A stretch of 64,000 nt of DNA from Minisyncoccia bacterium (GCA_038230075.1 JBBRNV010000001.1:114667-178666), one strand, 5' to 3'. Shown: positions 1 through 10,762, counted from the first letter of the stretch. The notes: generated by a model from the letters alone, not told the origin. Translations and numbers: made by a program.

Positions 1-284
1 AGGCTAGTTTGGAAACATTAGCTATTGTTCTCTATAGAGGTCCGGCAAATCGTCGAGAAATAGAACATATTCGAGGAGTAAATTGTCAAAGCATCTTACG
101 ATCACTTGAAACAAGAGGCTTAATTGAGCGAGTTGATGAAAGTGGAAGAAGTCCTAAATATAAAGGATCAATGGAATTATTGTCGATGCTTGGTATCAGT
201 TCTTGGAATGATATGCCTGAATTTGAAACTATTCAAAAGGAATTAACAAAAGTTGTAGAGGTGGTGATAACAGAACAGGAGTAA
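1..284 (+). CDS. scpB: Segregation and condensation protein B, C-terminal part; the 5' end lies outside the window
   Basis: The translation ...ETLAIVLYRGPANRREIEHIRGVNCQSILRSLETRGLIERV... matches the ScpB winged-helix repeat pattern. The frame is open to the window edge. Confidence 0.7.
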   Translation, partial: ASLETLAIVLYRGPANRREIEHIRGVNCQSILRSLETRGLIERVDESGRSPKYKGSMELLSMLGISSWNDMPEFETIQKELTKVVEVVITEQE

Positions 285-285
285 T

Positions 286-1227
286 ATGAATAAGCGATGG
301 TCATTATACATAGTCTCACTACTTACCATCGTTACTCTTTCGGTGCTTGTTGTATATATTCCTCAAAAACAACACGCAGAGGAAGAAAGACAGGCTCAAA
401 TTGCGTACGAACAAAAAGTTGCTGAGTGGAAAACACTTAGTCAACTCACTTTCAAAAACACACCGACTCAAGCAAAAGCTATTGCGATTTATAATATTGA
501 ACGAAAAGAACTTTTATACGGACAAAATGAAAATACTCCGCTTCCACTTGCTTCAATTACAAAGTTAATGACAGCACTTGTTTCAGCAATGAATTTAGAT
601 AGAAATGAAGTGGTAACCGTAACAGACCAAGCACTACAAGAAGAGGGTGAATACGGATTACAAAAAGATGAACGATGGAGTAGGGGACAACTTAACGATT
701 TCACTCTTATTAATTCATCAAATGACGGAGCAAAAGCTCTCGCAATTGCAACGGAAATAAAAACAGGGAGAAGATTTGAAAAAAGTATGAATGAAGAAGC
801 GACGTTACTTCAACTAAAAAGTATGCATTTTAATAATCCAACAGGTTTAGACATTGAAGAAGTACATCGAGCAGGTGGATACGGAAGCGCGCTCGATGCT
901 GCAAAACTAGAAGCTTATATACTAGACGCATATCCAGACGTTCTTGAGAAAACTTCAACTGCACACACAACAATTACATCACTTGCCGGTATTCCTCATT
1001 TTGCTGACAATACAAACGAAGCGATTACTCAAATACCAAACATAATTGCGTCGAAAACTGGCTTTACCACATTAGCAGGAGGAAACTTAGTCTTCACCAT
1101 ACGCATTAACAACGAACGATATGTAATCTCAATATTAGGCTCTACCAAAGATGCACGCTTTAGTGATGCAATCGCACTGGCATCATCCACAAGAGCAGTT
1201 TTGCAAAATCAGCCAAAAAGCCTATAA
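286..1227 (+). CDS. Serine-type D-Ala-D-Ala carboxypeptidase (peptidase S11, PBP5/6-like)
   Basis: N-terminal TM or signal sequence. SxxK motif (SITK), SxN motif (NSSNDGAKALA) and KTG motif (SKTGFT) in the canonical order. Confidence 0.8.
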   Translation: MNKRWSLYIVSLLTIVTLSVLVVYIPQKQHAEEERQAQIAYEQKVAEWKTLSQLTFKNTPTQAKAIAIYNIERKELLYGQNENTPLPLASITKLMTALVSAMNLDRNEVVTVTDQALQEEGEYGLQKDERWSRGQLNDFTLINSSNDGAKALAIATEIKTGRRFEKSMNEEATLLQLKSMHFNNPTGLDIEEVHRAGGYGSALDAAKLEAYILDAYPDVLEKTSTAHTTITSLAGIPHFADNTNEAITQIPNIIASKTGFTTLAGGNLVFTIRINNERYVISILGSTKDARFSDAIALASSTRAVLQNQPKSL

Positions 1228-1234
1228 TTGAGCC

Positions 1235-2302
1235 ATGATTTTAAGCGTAGTCAAAGTCTTTATTCCAGCCGTCTTATCGTTTTTTATTGGCATCGCAACA
1301 ACTCCTTTCTTAACAGACTTTTTCTACAGACATAAACTGTGGAAACGACGACCTCGAAGTATTGAAAGAACAGAAGAATGGAAAGATCAACTCTCACCAG
1401 ATTTTAAAAAAATTCATGATAGGGAAAAAGAATTATCAACTCCTCGAGTGGGGGGAATCATTATTTGGCTTTCGGTCTTAATCACTATTATTCTTTTGTA
1501 TCTTAACGGTATTATTTTTAAAACTGATCTTTCACTTAAATTAAACTTCTTAAGTAAGAATCAAACAATTCTTCCACTCATCGCTTTATTTTTTGGTTCA
1601 ATCATTGGATTATTTGATGACCTCCTTCAAATTTACGGAGATGCAACTATTCATGCCGACGGCCTTTCTCGTAAGTATCGCATCTGGATCATTCTTCTTA
1701 TTGCATCAGTGAGCGCGTGGTGGTTTTTCTTTAAACTAGGAAGTTTCTCAACCCATATTCCATTTGTTGGCGATATTGATCTTGGCCTCTTTTTCATTCC
1801 ATTCTTTATTCTGGTTATGCTTGGAGTATTTTCAGGATCAGTCATTGATGGAATTGATGGCTTAGCCGGCGGGGTAATGGCATCTATTTTTGGAGCATAT
1901 ATGGTGATTGCATTCATGCAGAGCCAAATCGACATAGCAGCATTTTGTGCCGTAGTTATTGGAGGAATATTGGCTTTTCTTTGGTTCAACATTCCGCCAG
2001 CTCGATTTATTATGGGTGAAACCGGTATGTTAGGACTTACCGTAACGATTTCAATCGTGGCATTCTTAACAAAACAAGTACTGGTACTTCCTATCATTGC
2101 GTTTCCACTGTTAGCGACATCACTTTCATCAAGTATTCAAATGTTTTCAAAGAAGTATTTCAAGAAAAAAGTATTTCTTGTTGCACCGCTTCATCATCAT
2201 TTCGAAGCATTAGGGTGGCCATCATATAAAGTAACAATGCGATACTGGATCATTTCAATCATCTGCGCAATGCTTGGTATCATGTTTGCATTGGTTGGTT
2301 AA
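1235..2302 (+). CDS. mraY: Phospho-N-acetylmuramoyl-pentapeptide transferase
   Basis: Polytopic membrane protein with the APLHHHFEALGW motif typical of MraY. Size is ~355 aa. Adjacent to ftsW and murG. Confidence 0.9.
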   Translation: MILSVVKVFIPAVLSFFIGIATTPFLTDFFYRHKLWKRRPRSIERTEEWKDQLSPDFKKIHDREKELSTPRVGGIIIWLSVLITIILLYLNGIIFKTDLSLKLNFLSKNQTILPLIALFFGSIIGLFDDLLQIYGDATIHADGLSRKYRIWIILLIASVSAWWFFFKLGSFSTHIPFVGDIDLGLFFIPFFILVMLGVFSGSVIDGIDGLAGGVMASIFGAYMVIAFMQSQIDIAAFCAVVIGGILAFLWFNIPPARFIMGETGMLGLTVTISIVAFLTKQVLVLPIIAFPLLATSLSSSIQMFSKKYFKKKVFLVAPLHHHFEALGWPSYKVTMRYWIISIICAMLGIMFALVG

Positions 2303-2343
2303 AAGTTTACTCGGTTTGTGTTAGCGGCGAACAGAACATTATC

Positions 2344-3462
2344 ATGTCATCACTTCTTTCAAAAAAATTACACGTCGATCGACCACTTCTCATTGGAGTA
2401 TTTGTGCTCATTGTTGTTGGTCTTCTTGTCTTTAGTTCAGCGTCACTGGGTCTTCTTGCTCGAAATCCTGAAATCTTTAAGTCGGTAAAAATGAATCAAC
2501 TTGTTCTTGGTTTAGGATGCGGATCTATTGCTATGTTTATTGCTGTGAGACTTCCGTATCGAATCTATCGAACATACGCTTTATGGATTTATATTATAGG
2601 AATTATTTCACTTATCGCAGTTTTTATTCCACATATTGGAATGAATCACGGAGGAGCACGTCGTTGGGTGGATATAGGATCATTTTCATTTCAGCCATCA
2701 GAAGTATACAAACTGGCTTTCATTATTTATTTCGCAACGTGGCTTGCGGGAGTTAAACAAAAAGTCACAACTTTTAAATACGGCATGCTTCCGTATCTTA
2801 TTGTTACTGGAATTTCAGGTGCGCTTATTTTGGCCCAACCAGACACCGCAACATTTGGAGTAATCGCCATGGCAGGAACTGCAATGTATATAAGTGCCGG
2901 AGCAAAGTGGCGTTATATTTTTGCCATGGGTTTAATTGGAATATTGGCAATTGGAATTCTTGCGCTCACGAGACCATATATTAGAGATCGAATTCACACC
3001 TTCATTAATCCAACCAATGATCCAAGTGGTAAAGGATATCAAATTCAACAATCATTAATTGCCATAGGATCAGGTGGTGTGCTTGGAAGAGGCTTCGGAC
3101 AAAGTGTGCAAAAATTTGGATTCGTTCCTGAACCAATTGGAGACTCAATTTTCGCAATCGCAGGAGAAGAGTTCGGTTTTGTTGGCTCATCGCTTATTAT
3201 TTTGCTCTATCTCTTTTTTGCACTTCGAGGTCTCGTTATTGCGTCTCGAATTCAAGACGCATTTGGTAGACTGCTTATCATTGGAATTGTTATACTAATA
3301 ACCGCAGGTTCAATGGTAAATATTGCCTCCATGCTCGGTATCATTCCACTGTCAGGTATTCCGCTTTTGTTTATGAGCCACGGAGGAACAGCTTTATTCT
3401 TTACCCTTATCTCAGTTGGTATCATGTTGAACGTCTCAAAATATCAAGTCAAAAAAATATAA
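2344..3462 (+). CDS. ftsW: SEDS-family peptidoglycan glycosyltransferase FtsW/RodA
   Basis: About 10 TM segments, ~370 aa, located between mraY and murG. SEDS-like conserved loops are present (e.g. PEPIGDSIFA). Confidence 0.85.
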   Translation: MSSLLSKKLHVDRPLLIGVFVLIVVGLLVFSSASLGLLARNPEIFKSVKMNQLVLGLGCGSIAMFIAVRLPYRIYRTYALWIYIIGIISLIAVFIPHIGMNHGGARRWVDIGSFSFQPSEVYKLAFIIYFATWLAGVKQKVTTFKYGMLPYLIVTGISGALILAQPDTATFGVIAMAGTAMYISAGAKWRYIFAMGLIGILAIGILALTRPYIRDRIHTFINPTNDPSGKGYQIQQSLIAIGSGGVLGRGFGQSVQKFGFVPEPIGDSIFAIAGEEFGFVGSSLIILLYLFFALRGLVIASRIQDAFGRLLIIGIVILITAGSMVNIASMLGIIPLSGIPLLFMSHGGTALFFTLISVGIMLNVSKYQVKKI

Positions 3463-3463
3463 T

Positions 3464-4621
3464 ATGAAAATCTTATTAACAGGAGGAGCAACAGGTGGTC
3501 ACTTTTATCCACTCATTGCAGTTGCTGAGGAAATCAGAGAAGTGGCACGAGAACGAAAACTACTTTCACCAAAACTCTATTTCATGTCGAACACTCCATA
3601 TAACCCGAGTATCTTATTTGATAATGATATTACATATGTGTATGCCGGGGCAGGGAAGATACGAAGAAACATGGGTCCGCTCAATTTGATTAAAAACTTC
3701 TTTGATCTTTTCGCAACTTTTTTTGGCATCGTCAAAGCAACTATTACCATGTTCTCAATTTATCCAGACGTTGTTTTTGGAAAAGGAGGATATGCAAGTT
3801 TTCCAGCTCTTTTTGCAGCAAAACTTCTTCGAATTCCCGTTGTCATTCACGACAGCGATTCACAACCTGGCATGGTTACAACGTGGGCTGGAAAGTTTGC
3901 AGAGCGAGTTGCACTTTCATATCCTGATGCTGCAGATTACTTTCCCATCGCAAAAAAGAAAAATCGAATTGCTTGGACGGGAAATCCTATTCGACGAGAA
4001 ATAATTACGCCCATCACCTCTGGTGCACATGAATTTTTAAATCTCGAAGAAAATACTCCTGTTATTTTAGTCTATTGTGGTTCACAAGGTTCTCAATTTA
4101 TTAACGATGCAATTCTTCGAGCACTTCCAAAATTAGTTGAGAAATTTCAAATCATTCACACAACAGGAAAATTAAATTATAAAGAAGTGAAGGGTGAGGC
4201 AGATGTTATTTTAGAAGGAAACTTAAAGAGCGGGCGATACAAAGCATTCGATTATTTAAACGCATTATCACTTCGAATGTCAGTTGGTGTTTCAAATCTT
4301 GTCATCGCGCGAGCTGGATCTTCTATTTTTGAAATTGCTGCGTGGGGGCTTCCAAGTATTATTGTTCCCATTCCAGAAAGCGTCAGTCACGATCAGAAAC
4401 ATAATGCATTTAACTATGCACGAACAGGAGCAGCTGTAGTAATTGAACAAAACAATCTAACGCCTGAAATATTAATTTCTGAATGTGAACGAATTATTGA
4501 AAACAAAGAAAAGACTCAAAAAATGAGTGATGCCGCAAGAAAATTCGCCAAATTAGATGCAGGCAAGAAAGTAGCAGAAGCTATCATAGAAATTGCTTTG
4601 AAACACGAGAGTAAAGACTAA
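3464..4621 (+). CDS. murG: Undecaprenyl-PP-MurNAc-pentapeptide UDP-GlcNAc transferase
   Basis: N-terminal GGTGGHFYP motif and GT-B fold length (385 aa). Start overlaps the ftsW stop. Confidence 0.9.
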   Translation: MKILLTGGATGGHFYPLIAVAEEIREVARERKLLSPKLYFMSNTPYNPSILFDNDITYVYAGAGKIRRNMGPLNLIKNFFDLFATFFGIVKATITMFSIYPDVVFGKGGYASFPALFAAKLLRIPVVIHDSDSQPGMVTTWAGKFAERVALSYPDAADYFPIAKKKNRIAWTGNPIRREIITPITSGAHEFLNLEENTPVILVYCGSQGSQFINDAILRALPKLVEKFQIIHTTGKLNYKEVKGEADVILEGNLKSGRYKAFDYLNALSLRMSVGVSNLVIARAGSSIFEIAAWGLPSIIVPIPESVSHDQKHNAFNYARTGAAVVIEQNNLTPEILISECERIIENKEKTQKMSDAARKFAKLDAGKKVAEAIIEIALKHESKD

Positions 4622-4650
4622 TCGTAACTTTGCGAGATTAAAGATATTTC

Positions 4651-6087
4651 TTGTCTAAAAAGCATGATATAGTAGGCCTACAGCGCCCAAACAGGGCCAT
4701 AAAAGACACAATGGATACATTACACTCAAATACTCAAAAGGTAGTCACACGCTTCGCTCCAAGCCCTACAGGCCTTTTCCACTCTGGTAGCTATCGAACA
4801 GCTGTATTTTCATATTTATATGCCAAAAAATATAATGGTGAATTCATACTTCGAATCGAAGATACCGACAAAGAGCGTTCAACAAAAGAATATGAAGAAA
4901 ATATTATTGAAAGTTTGAAATGGCTCGATCTTCCACATGACCATTTCTATCGACAATCAGATAATGTTGCGCGTCACAAAGAAGTCTTGCTGCAAATGAT
5001 TGCAGACGATAAAGCCTACATTTCAAAAGAAGAACCAAAAGTTGAAGGTGGCAGAACCGAAGTAATTCGATTTCGAAATCCAAATCGAGTTGTAACTTTT
5101 CACGACATCATTCGAGGAGACATCAGCTTCGATACAACTGAATTAAAAGATTTTGTCATTGCAAAAAGTTTCGACGAACCACTTTTTCACCTTGCAGTTG
5201 TTGTTGATGACTTTGATGAAGGAGTAACTCACATCATTCGAGGAGAAGATCATATTTCAAATACTCCACGGCAAATTCTTATTCAAGAAGCAATTGGCGC
5301 AGCAACTCCTATGTATGCACATCTTCCACTTGTTCTTGCAGCTGATCGAACAAAACTTTCAAAACGAAAAGGAGCACTTTCAATGACTGAGTATCGAAAA
5401 AAAGGATACGAAGCTGCTGCGTTATTAAATTATATGTCACTTATTGGTTGGAATCCTGGCACTGATCGAGAATATTTTACAAAAGACGAATTAATCGTTG
5501 AATTCGATCTTGCACGTGTACAAAAAAGTGGAGCAATATTTGATGATGTAAAACTACAATCAATCAACAGACATTATCTTTTAGAACTTAGTGATGAAGA
5601 ATTTGAAAAGCGAACAAAAGAATTCTTACCGGAATCGATCACTTCACTTCCTACATTTAATACTCGAAAGGAAAAGTTCTTCAAGAATCTTCGAGAGCGC
5701 ATTTCATATTTCGGAGAAGTCACAACTCTTTCTGATCTTGGTGAATTTGATTACTTCTTCTCAGACCCCGTGTATGCAGTCGAACAACTCTTGTGTTCAG
5801 AAAAGATGAGAAAAAACGTGGTAATTACCATGTCTGATATTTCAACATATCTATCTGGTGTCGTCGAAGTTCTTGAAAATTTGAACAATGAAGCATTTGA
5901 TCATTCAGAAACGGTCAAGGAAGCATTAATGCCTTATGCAGACTCACTTCATCGAGGTGGGGTATTATGGGCTACTCGAATGGCATTATCAGGAAAGGAA
6001 AAGTCTCCTGATCCATTCACCCTTATCTCACTATTTGGAAAAGATGATTCTATAACTCGTTTAAAGGCTGCGGTTGCCAAAATCTAG
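4651..6087 (+). CDS. gltX: Glutamyl-tRNA synthetase
   Basis: RFAPSPTG...H HIGH-type motif and KLSKRKG KMSKS motif. The true start may be an internal Met near 4711. Confidence 0.9.
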   Translation: MSKKHDIVGLQRPNRAIKDTMDTLHSNTQKVVTRFAPSPTGLFHSGSYRTAVFSYLYAKKYNGEFILRIEDTDKERSTKEYEENIIESLKWLDLPHDHFYRQSDNVARHKEVLLQMIADDKAYISKEEPKVEGGRTEVIRFRNPNRVVTFHDIIRGDISFDTTELKDFVIAKSFDEPLFHLAVVVDDFDEGVTHIIRGEDHISNTPRQILIQEAIGAATPMYAHLPLVLAADRTKLSKRKGALSMTEYRKKGYEAAALLNYMSLIGWNPGTDREYFTKDELIVEFDLARVQKSGAIFDDVKLQSINRHYLLELSDEEFEKRTKEFLPESITSLPTFNTRKEKFFKNLRERISYFGEVTTLSDLGEFDYFFSDPVYAVEQLLCSEKMRKNVVITMSDISTYLSGVVEVLENLNNEAFDHSETVKEALMPYADSLHRGGVLWATRMALSGKEKSPDPFTLISLFGKDDSITRLKAAVAKI

Positions 6088-6105
6088 AGATAGAATTGTT
6101 ATTTA

Positions 6106-7437
6106 TTGTATACTAGAACGATGAAGAAAGGCTTTTTATACATTCTTTTCATCGCAATTTCTTTTTCACTTATTCTTTCAAAGGATAGTCTTTATACTGC
6201 TGGATTTTCTTCGACACCAGTATATGCAGATGATGCAGCAGATCTTAAAAAGCAGATCGATGAACGAAATAAGAATATTGCACAACTTGAACAAGAAATT
6301 GCTGAATATACAAAATTGGTTGATAAAACAAGTGGACAAGCAAAAACACTTGCAACAAGTATTAAATCACTTCAAACACAAGGAAAAAAACTTGATCTTG
6401 ATATTAAGCTTACCAATACAAAAATCACCAACACACAACAGAAAATTACACTTCTAACCGACGATATTTCTCAAAAACAACAAGATATTGATAGAGAAAA
6501 GTCTGCTTTAATTGAAACAATAAATGCAATAGATCAGATCGACTCAACACATCCTCTTATTGCGTTTGCGAGCGCTGAAGGTGGACATTCAAAAATTGAT
6601 GGTTTATTTCAAAATGCATATTTAGGAAGCGCTATTCGTGACGATATTCAAAATCTTTTAGTTTTGAAAACAGATCTGCAAGGCAAACAAAAAGATTCAA
6701 TCGCACAGAAAGCAGATCTCATGACACTTCAAGACAATTTGAAAGATCAAAAAAGTTTAGTCTTAGATAATCAGAAACAACAAGATCAACTATTAAAAGA
6801 TACAAAAAACCAAGAATCAACGTATCAACAAATTGTGGTAGATAAACAAAAAAAGAAGGCACAGTTTGAAAAAGAGTTGTTCGACTATGAAGCTCAGCTT
6901 CAATACATTTTAAATCCTTCAAGTCTTCCAACCTCAGGATCAAGTCCACTTGCATGGCCACTTGATTCAATTTACATCACTCAACTTTTTGGAAAAACAG
7001 AAGCATCAGGAAGATTGTATGTGTCAGGAACGCATAACGGTGTCGATTTTAAAGCGACACAAGGAACAGCAGTTAAAGCAATGGGCTCAGGAACTGTTCT
7101 TGGGGTAGGTGACACCGATGTTACTTGTCCTCGGGCATCATTTGGAAGATGGGTTTTTATTAAATATAACAACGGCCTTTCTTCAACATTCGGACACCTT
7201 TCAGTTATCAAAGCTCAAATAGGAGACAAAGTAAAAACAGGGGATATTGTTGGATACAGCGGAAACACCGGATATTCAACTGGTGCCCATCTTCACGTTT
7301 CTATCTATGCTTCAGACGGGGTAGAGGTACAAACACTTCCAAGTAAGGCATGTAATGGAAAGCTCTACACTATGCCAATAGCCGCACTTAACGCCTATCT
7401 TGACCCAATGTTGTATTTTCCTCCCTATAAGAAATAA
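6106..7437 (+). CDS. M23-family metallopeptidase with N-terminal signal/TM and coiled-coil (EnvC-like)
   Basis: Long Q/K/E-rich coiled-coil region, then HNGVDF and GYSTGAHLH metal-ligand motifs of peptidase M23. Confidence 0.8.
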   Translation: MYTRTMKKGFLYILFIAISFSLILSKDSLYTAGFSSTPVYADDAADLKKQIDERNKNIAQLEQEIAEYTKLVDKTSGQAKTLATSIKSLQTQGKKLDLDIKLTNTKITNTQQKITLLTDDISQKQQDIDREKSALIETINAIDQIDSTHPLIAFASAEGGHSKIDGLFQNAYLGSAIRDDIQNLLVLKTDLQGKQKDSIAQKADLMTLQDNLKDQKSLVLDNQKQQDQLLKDTKNQESTYQQIVVDKQKKKAQFEKELFDYEAQLQYILNPSSLPTSGSSPLAWPLDSIYITQLFGKTEASGRLYVSGTHNGVDFKATQGTAVKAMGSGTVLGVGDTDVTCPRASFGRWVFIKYNNGLSSTFGHLSVIKAQIGDKVKTGDIVGYSGNTGYSTGAHLHVSIYASDGVEVQTLPSKACNGKLYTMPIAALNAYLDPMLYFPPYKK

Positions 7438-7491
7438 GAATGGAATATCGGCAAGTATCAGAAGTAGAGCCTAATATGCTATTGTGTAGCA

Positions 7492-9363
7492 ATGTGTGGA
7501 ATCGCAGGAATACTAGGAAAAACCAATAAAGGCGAGCATTTAATTCACGAAATGGTGGATGCAATAACGCATCGTGGACCAGATGAGTTCGGATACTATA
7601 CTGACAAAGATTTTTCAATGGGAATGAGGCGGCTAAGTATTATCGATCTTGGCGGAGGTCATCAACCAATTGAAAATGAAGATGGAAATCTAACCATTGT
7701 TTTCAACGGAGAAATTTATAACTATCGAGAGCTTCGAAAGACTCTTAAACAGAAAGGTCATCAGTTTACAACTCAAAGTGATACAGAGGTTGTTCTTCAT
7801 CTATATGAAGAATATGGATCGAAAATGTTAACACTTCTTCGAGGAATGTTTACGTTTGCAATTTACAACAAAACAACCAAAGAAGTTTTTATCGCTAGAG
7901 ATTACTTTGGTATCAAACCACTTTACTATTTAGTTGATAGAAACAATGTCGTAGCCTTCGCTTCAGAAATTAAAAGTTTACTACTTCATCCAGCTGCACG
8001 AAAAGAAGTAAATGAAGAAGCGATCTTTCAATATCTTTCATATCAATATAATCCTCTTCAAGAAACATTCTTCAAAAATATTTGGAAATTGCCCCCAGGA
8101 CATTTTCTTCGAGTAAATATTGCTGAGCTTAAAGTGTGCGAACAACAGTATTGGGGCTATCAATTTCATCAAGAAAACATTTCTGAAAAAGTATTAGCAA
8201 AACAACTTCTTGAACACCTGCGAGAAAGCGTTCGTGCTCACATGATTGCCGATGTTCCTGTTGGAGCATTCCTAAGTGGAGGAATCGACAGTGCTGTCAT
8301 TGTTTCATTAATGGCCAGAGAAACGGAGCAGAAAATTAATACCTTTACGGTAACCTTCGATTCAGTCAGCGAAGCAAATGAAGCTCGTGTCATCGCAAAA
8401 GCCTTAAAGACAAACCACCAAGAAATAAATGTTACTCGAGCTGATTTCATGAACGCGCTTCCTAACATGGTGTGGCATTTTGACGAACCTGTCGCAGACC
8501 CTTCTGCGGTTGGTCTTTATTTCTTAGCAAAAGAAGCTCGAAAGAAAGTAAAGGTTGTTCTTTCTGGCGAAGGATCAGATGAATTATTTGGTGGTTACAA
8601 TATTTATCGAGAGCCACTTGCGCTTTCTGTTAGTAACTTTATTCCGAAGTTTTTACGAAAATTGATTATCAAACCTCTTGTTACTTCAAGTCTGAACTTC
8701 TACGGAAAGAACTATCTAAAACGTTTTTTAACACCTGTCGAAGAACGATATATTGGAAATGCTCGCGTCTTTCAACCAGATGAAGTCAAAAAGCTATGGA
8801 GAGGAAGAAACTATATTCAAGAGGCAGGTTCATTTGAAAAAACTCTTCCCAGTATGCAAGCGTACAAACAAGCTGAACGAAATGGAGCCCATTCAGATTC
8901 TGCCAAAATGCAATACATCGATATTAATTATTGGATGCCAGGAGACATTCTTCAAAAGGCTGACAAAATGACCATGGCTCATTCACTCGAACTACGAGTG
9001 CCGTTTCTCGATATAGATATTGCTCGAATTTCTTCACGAATTCCAGATTCACTCAAGTATAAGAATGGCATGACAAAGTATATTCTTCGTCGAGCAGTCA
9101 GGGGCATTATTCCTAAAGAGTCTTCAAACAGAAAGAAACTTGGCTTTCCAACAGCGCTTAAATTGTGGCTTCGAGAAGATCCAGTGATGCTCAAAACTAT
9201 TCGTGATACAATTTCATCTAACAGACATTTAAAGAAATATATCGATCTTGCCTCAGTTATGGGAATGATTGAAGAACACAGTAAAACAAATGCTGATCAT
9301 TCACGAAAAATATATTTACTGTACATCTTGTCGTTATGGTTTAATAAATTTTTAGATAAGTAA
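7492..9363 (+). CDS. asnB: Asparagine synthetase (glutamine-hydrolysing) family amidotransferase
   Basis: N-terminal MCGIAG Ntn-nucleophile and SGGIDS PP-loop ATP pyrophosphatase motif. Length 623 aa. Confidence 0.85.
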   Translation: MCGIAGILGKTNKGEHLIHEMVDAITHRGPDEFGYYTDKDFSMGMRRLSIIDLGGGHQPIENEDGNLTIVFNGEIYNYRELRKTLKQKGHQFTTQSDTEVVLHLYEEYGSKMLTLLRGMFTFAIYNKTTKEVFIARDYFGIKPLYYLVDRNNVVAFASEIKSLLLHPAARKEVNEEAIFQYLSYQYNPLQETFFKNIWKLPPGHFLRVNIAELKVCEQQYWGYQFHQENISEKVLAKQLLEHLRESVRAHMIADVPVGAFLSGGIDSAVIVSLMARETEQKINTFTVTFDSVSEANEARVIAKALKTNHQEINVTRADFMNALPNMVWHFDEPVADPSAVGLYFLAKEARKKVKVVLSGEGSDELFGGYNIYREPLALSVSNFIPKFLRKLIIKPLVTSSLNFYGKNYLKRFLTPVEERYIGNARVFQPDEVKKLWRGRNYIQEAGSFEKTLPSMQAYKQAERNGAHSDSAKMQYIDINYWMPGDILQKADKMTMAHSLELRVPFLDIDIARISSRIPDSLKYKNGMTKYILRRAVRGIIPKESSNRKKLGFPTALKLWLREDPVMLKTIRDTISSNRHLKKYIDLASVMGMIEEHSKTNADHSRKIYLLYILSLWFNKFLDK

Positions 9364-9367
9364 TATT

Positions 9368-9586
9368 ATGAAAAGAAATACACAACAAGGAGGTTTTATT
9401 CAACTATTAGTTTTTTTAGTAATTGTTATCTTACTTATTAAGTTTACTCCTGTTGGAAATTTCTTCACAAAAATTGTTCCTGTTGATGCATTAAACTATT
9501 TTGTAAACTTTGTTATTGGCATTTTGAAAACAGTCTTTGATTTATTTATTAAAGTTCTTGAATATTTAAAAAGTTTGATTAGTTAA
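9368..9586 (+). CDS. Small hydrophobic protein, unknown function
   Basis: 72-aa ORF with two hydrophobic segments, directly following asnB. No recognisable family. Confidence 0.4.
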   Translation: MKRNTQQGGFIQLLVFLVIVILLIKFTPVGNFFTKIVPVDALNYFVNFVIGILKTVFDLFIKVLEYLKSLIS

Positions 9587-9596
9587 TGAAAATGTA

Positions 9597-9986
9597 ATGA
9601 ACTTTGACTTACCAACACCTGAAAGACACATATCTGAAACTGAGTGGGAATCTGTATTTGAAGAATGCTCAGTCATTCTTGAGAAGATTAAAGCTAAACC
9701 TGGGCCAGTAAGTTCAAGCTTTGAACACATCACAAACAATTGGCTCTCTACACTTAATTTTAAAGAATATTCAAAAGACATACCAGACATGAGAAGTCCA
9801 AAAATGTATGATGCTATTGTTAGTACAGTCAAAAAAGCAAAAAAATATCTAGCTCTTTTAGAAGAATTTCCCGATTTTGCCGCGAAAGAATTAAGTGAAG
9901 GAAGAGGATGCTTTCCAGAAATATACGACGAAACTCCTGATACAGAGCGACTTATTGATGGATACGAAGCGAGGTTGAGACAATAA
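9597..9986 (+). CDS. Hypothetical protein
   Basis: 129-aa ORF with coding-like composition, followed by the hairpin ataacaaaa...ttttgttat at ~10027-10060. Confidence 0.45.
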   Translation: MNFDLPTPERHISETEWESVFEECSVILEKIKAKPGPVSSSFEHITNNWLSTLNFKEYSKDIPDMRSPKMYDAIVSTVKKAKKYLALLEEFPDFAAKELSEGRGCFPEIYDETPDTERLIDGYEARLRQ

Positions 9987-10199
9987 AAATTCCTCAAAGA
10001 AACAATAGGGAAGTGAGTCCCCTACAAAATAACAAAAACTGTTTACGGTAATTTTGTTATAGATTTATTGAGTTAGAAGAACAGTAAAAAAGTATTTTGA
10101 TAATTCTGCTACCAGAATCTCATAGTTTAAACATGAATGTAGTCTAGACTTAACAGACCACACAGAGATTATTAAATTTAATTACACATAGAAGGTATG

Positions 10200-10700
10200 G
10201 GCTATATAGTAATGTCGCAAAAGATATATTGTGCGACATAGATATGTAGACTAACCGCTCGAGGATACATACACCTGTTAAGGTTTCGTACAATCCCCGA
10301 GCGATTCTGACGATGGTGAAATTTTAAAATACCAGGTGATTGAAAGTTAACGTCGCTTGACGGTAACTGGGATAGCCAAACCGCCAGCTCGACTGTGAAG
10401 GTACACAGGGTACGGCACGAAACGTTTGATCGACGGAAGGATCGTGATTTCGTCACCTTGAAGAGTTACGACCTCTTGCAGGTTCAGATATTCTGTTACA
10501 CGAGCAGTATGTGGTCCGAACCTTCGTGTCGCTCTCCTACCCAAGCGCCGTCTGATTTCGAAGTTGAACTGACCTTCAGATATCGTTTTGTTCGTTCCCC
10601 GAGGTTTTTGCTGACGCAGCACTTCGAGACATGCTCCAAAGACGATTCGAAGATCTTTTGGCAATCCTTTGCCATTTTGGTGATCATGTGATCTGTATTT
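10200..10700. other. GC-elevated ORF-poor island; candidate structured RNA or decayed gene
   Basis: About 500 nt with visibly higher GC than the flanks. Multiple local hairpins (atgtcgca/tgcgacat; cgtc..gacg; ggtac..gtac). Only short overlapping ORFs on both strands; no recognisable protein. Confidence 0.3.
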
Positions 10701-10762
10701 ATTATGCAACTAACAGTACTTGACGTAAAGTGTTATGTGTGTTGTTTCGTTTTATATGTACA

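Noticed and set aside
347-704. ORFs 347..568 (+) and 489..704 (-) inside the dac-like gene
   Set aside because: Out-of-frame or antisense overlaps within a well-supported CDS; low-complexity Lys/Leu-rich translations typical of AT-rich shadow frames.
1651-2097. 148-aa antisense ORF inside mraY
   Set aside because: Fully contained in mraY on the opposite strand; no independent signals.
10200-10700. Calling the GC island an RNase P RNA or tmRNA
   Set aside because: The diagnostic P4 (GGAAAGUCCGGGC / ACAGAANCCGGCUUA) and tmRNA terminal motifs were not found on either strand. Retained only as an unspecified candidate structured RNA.
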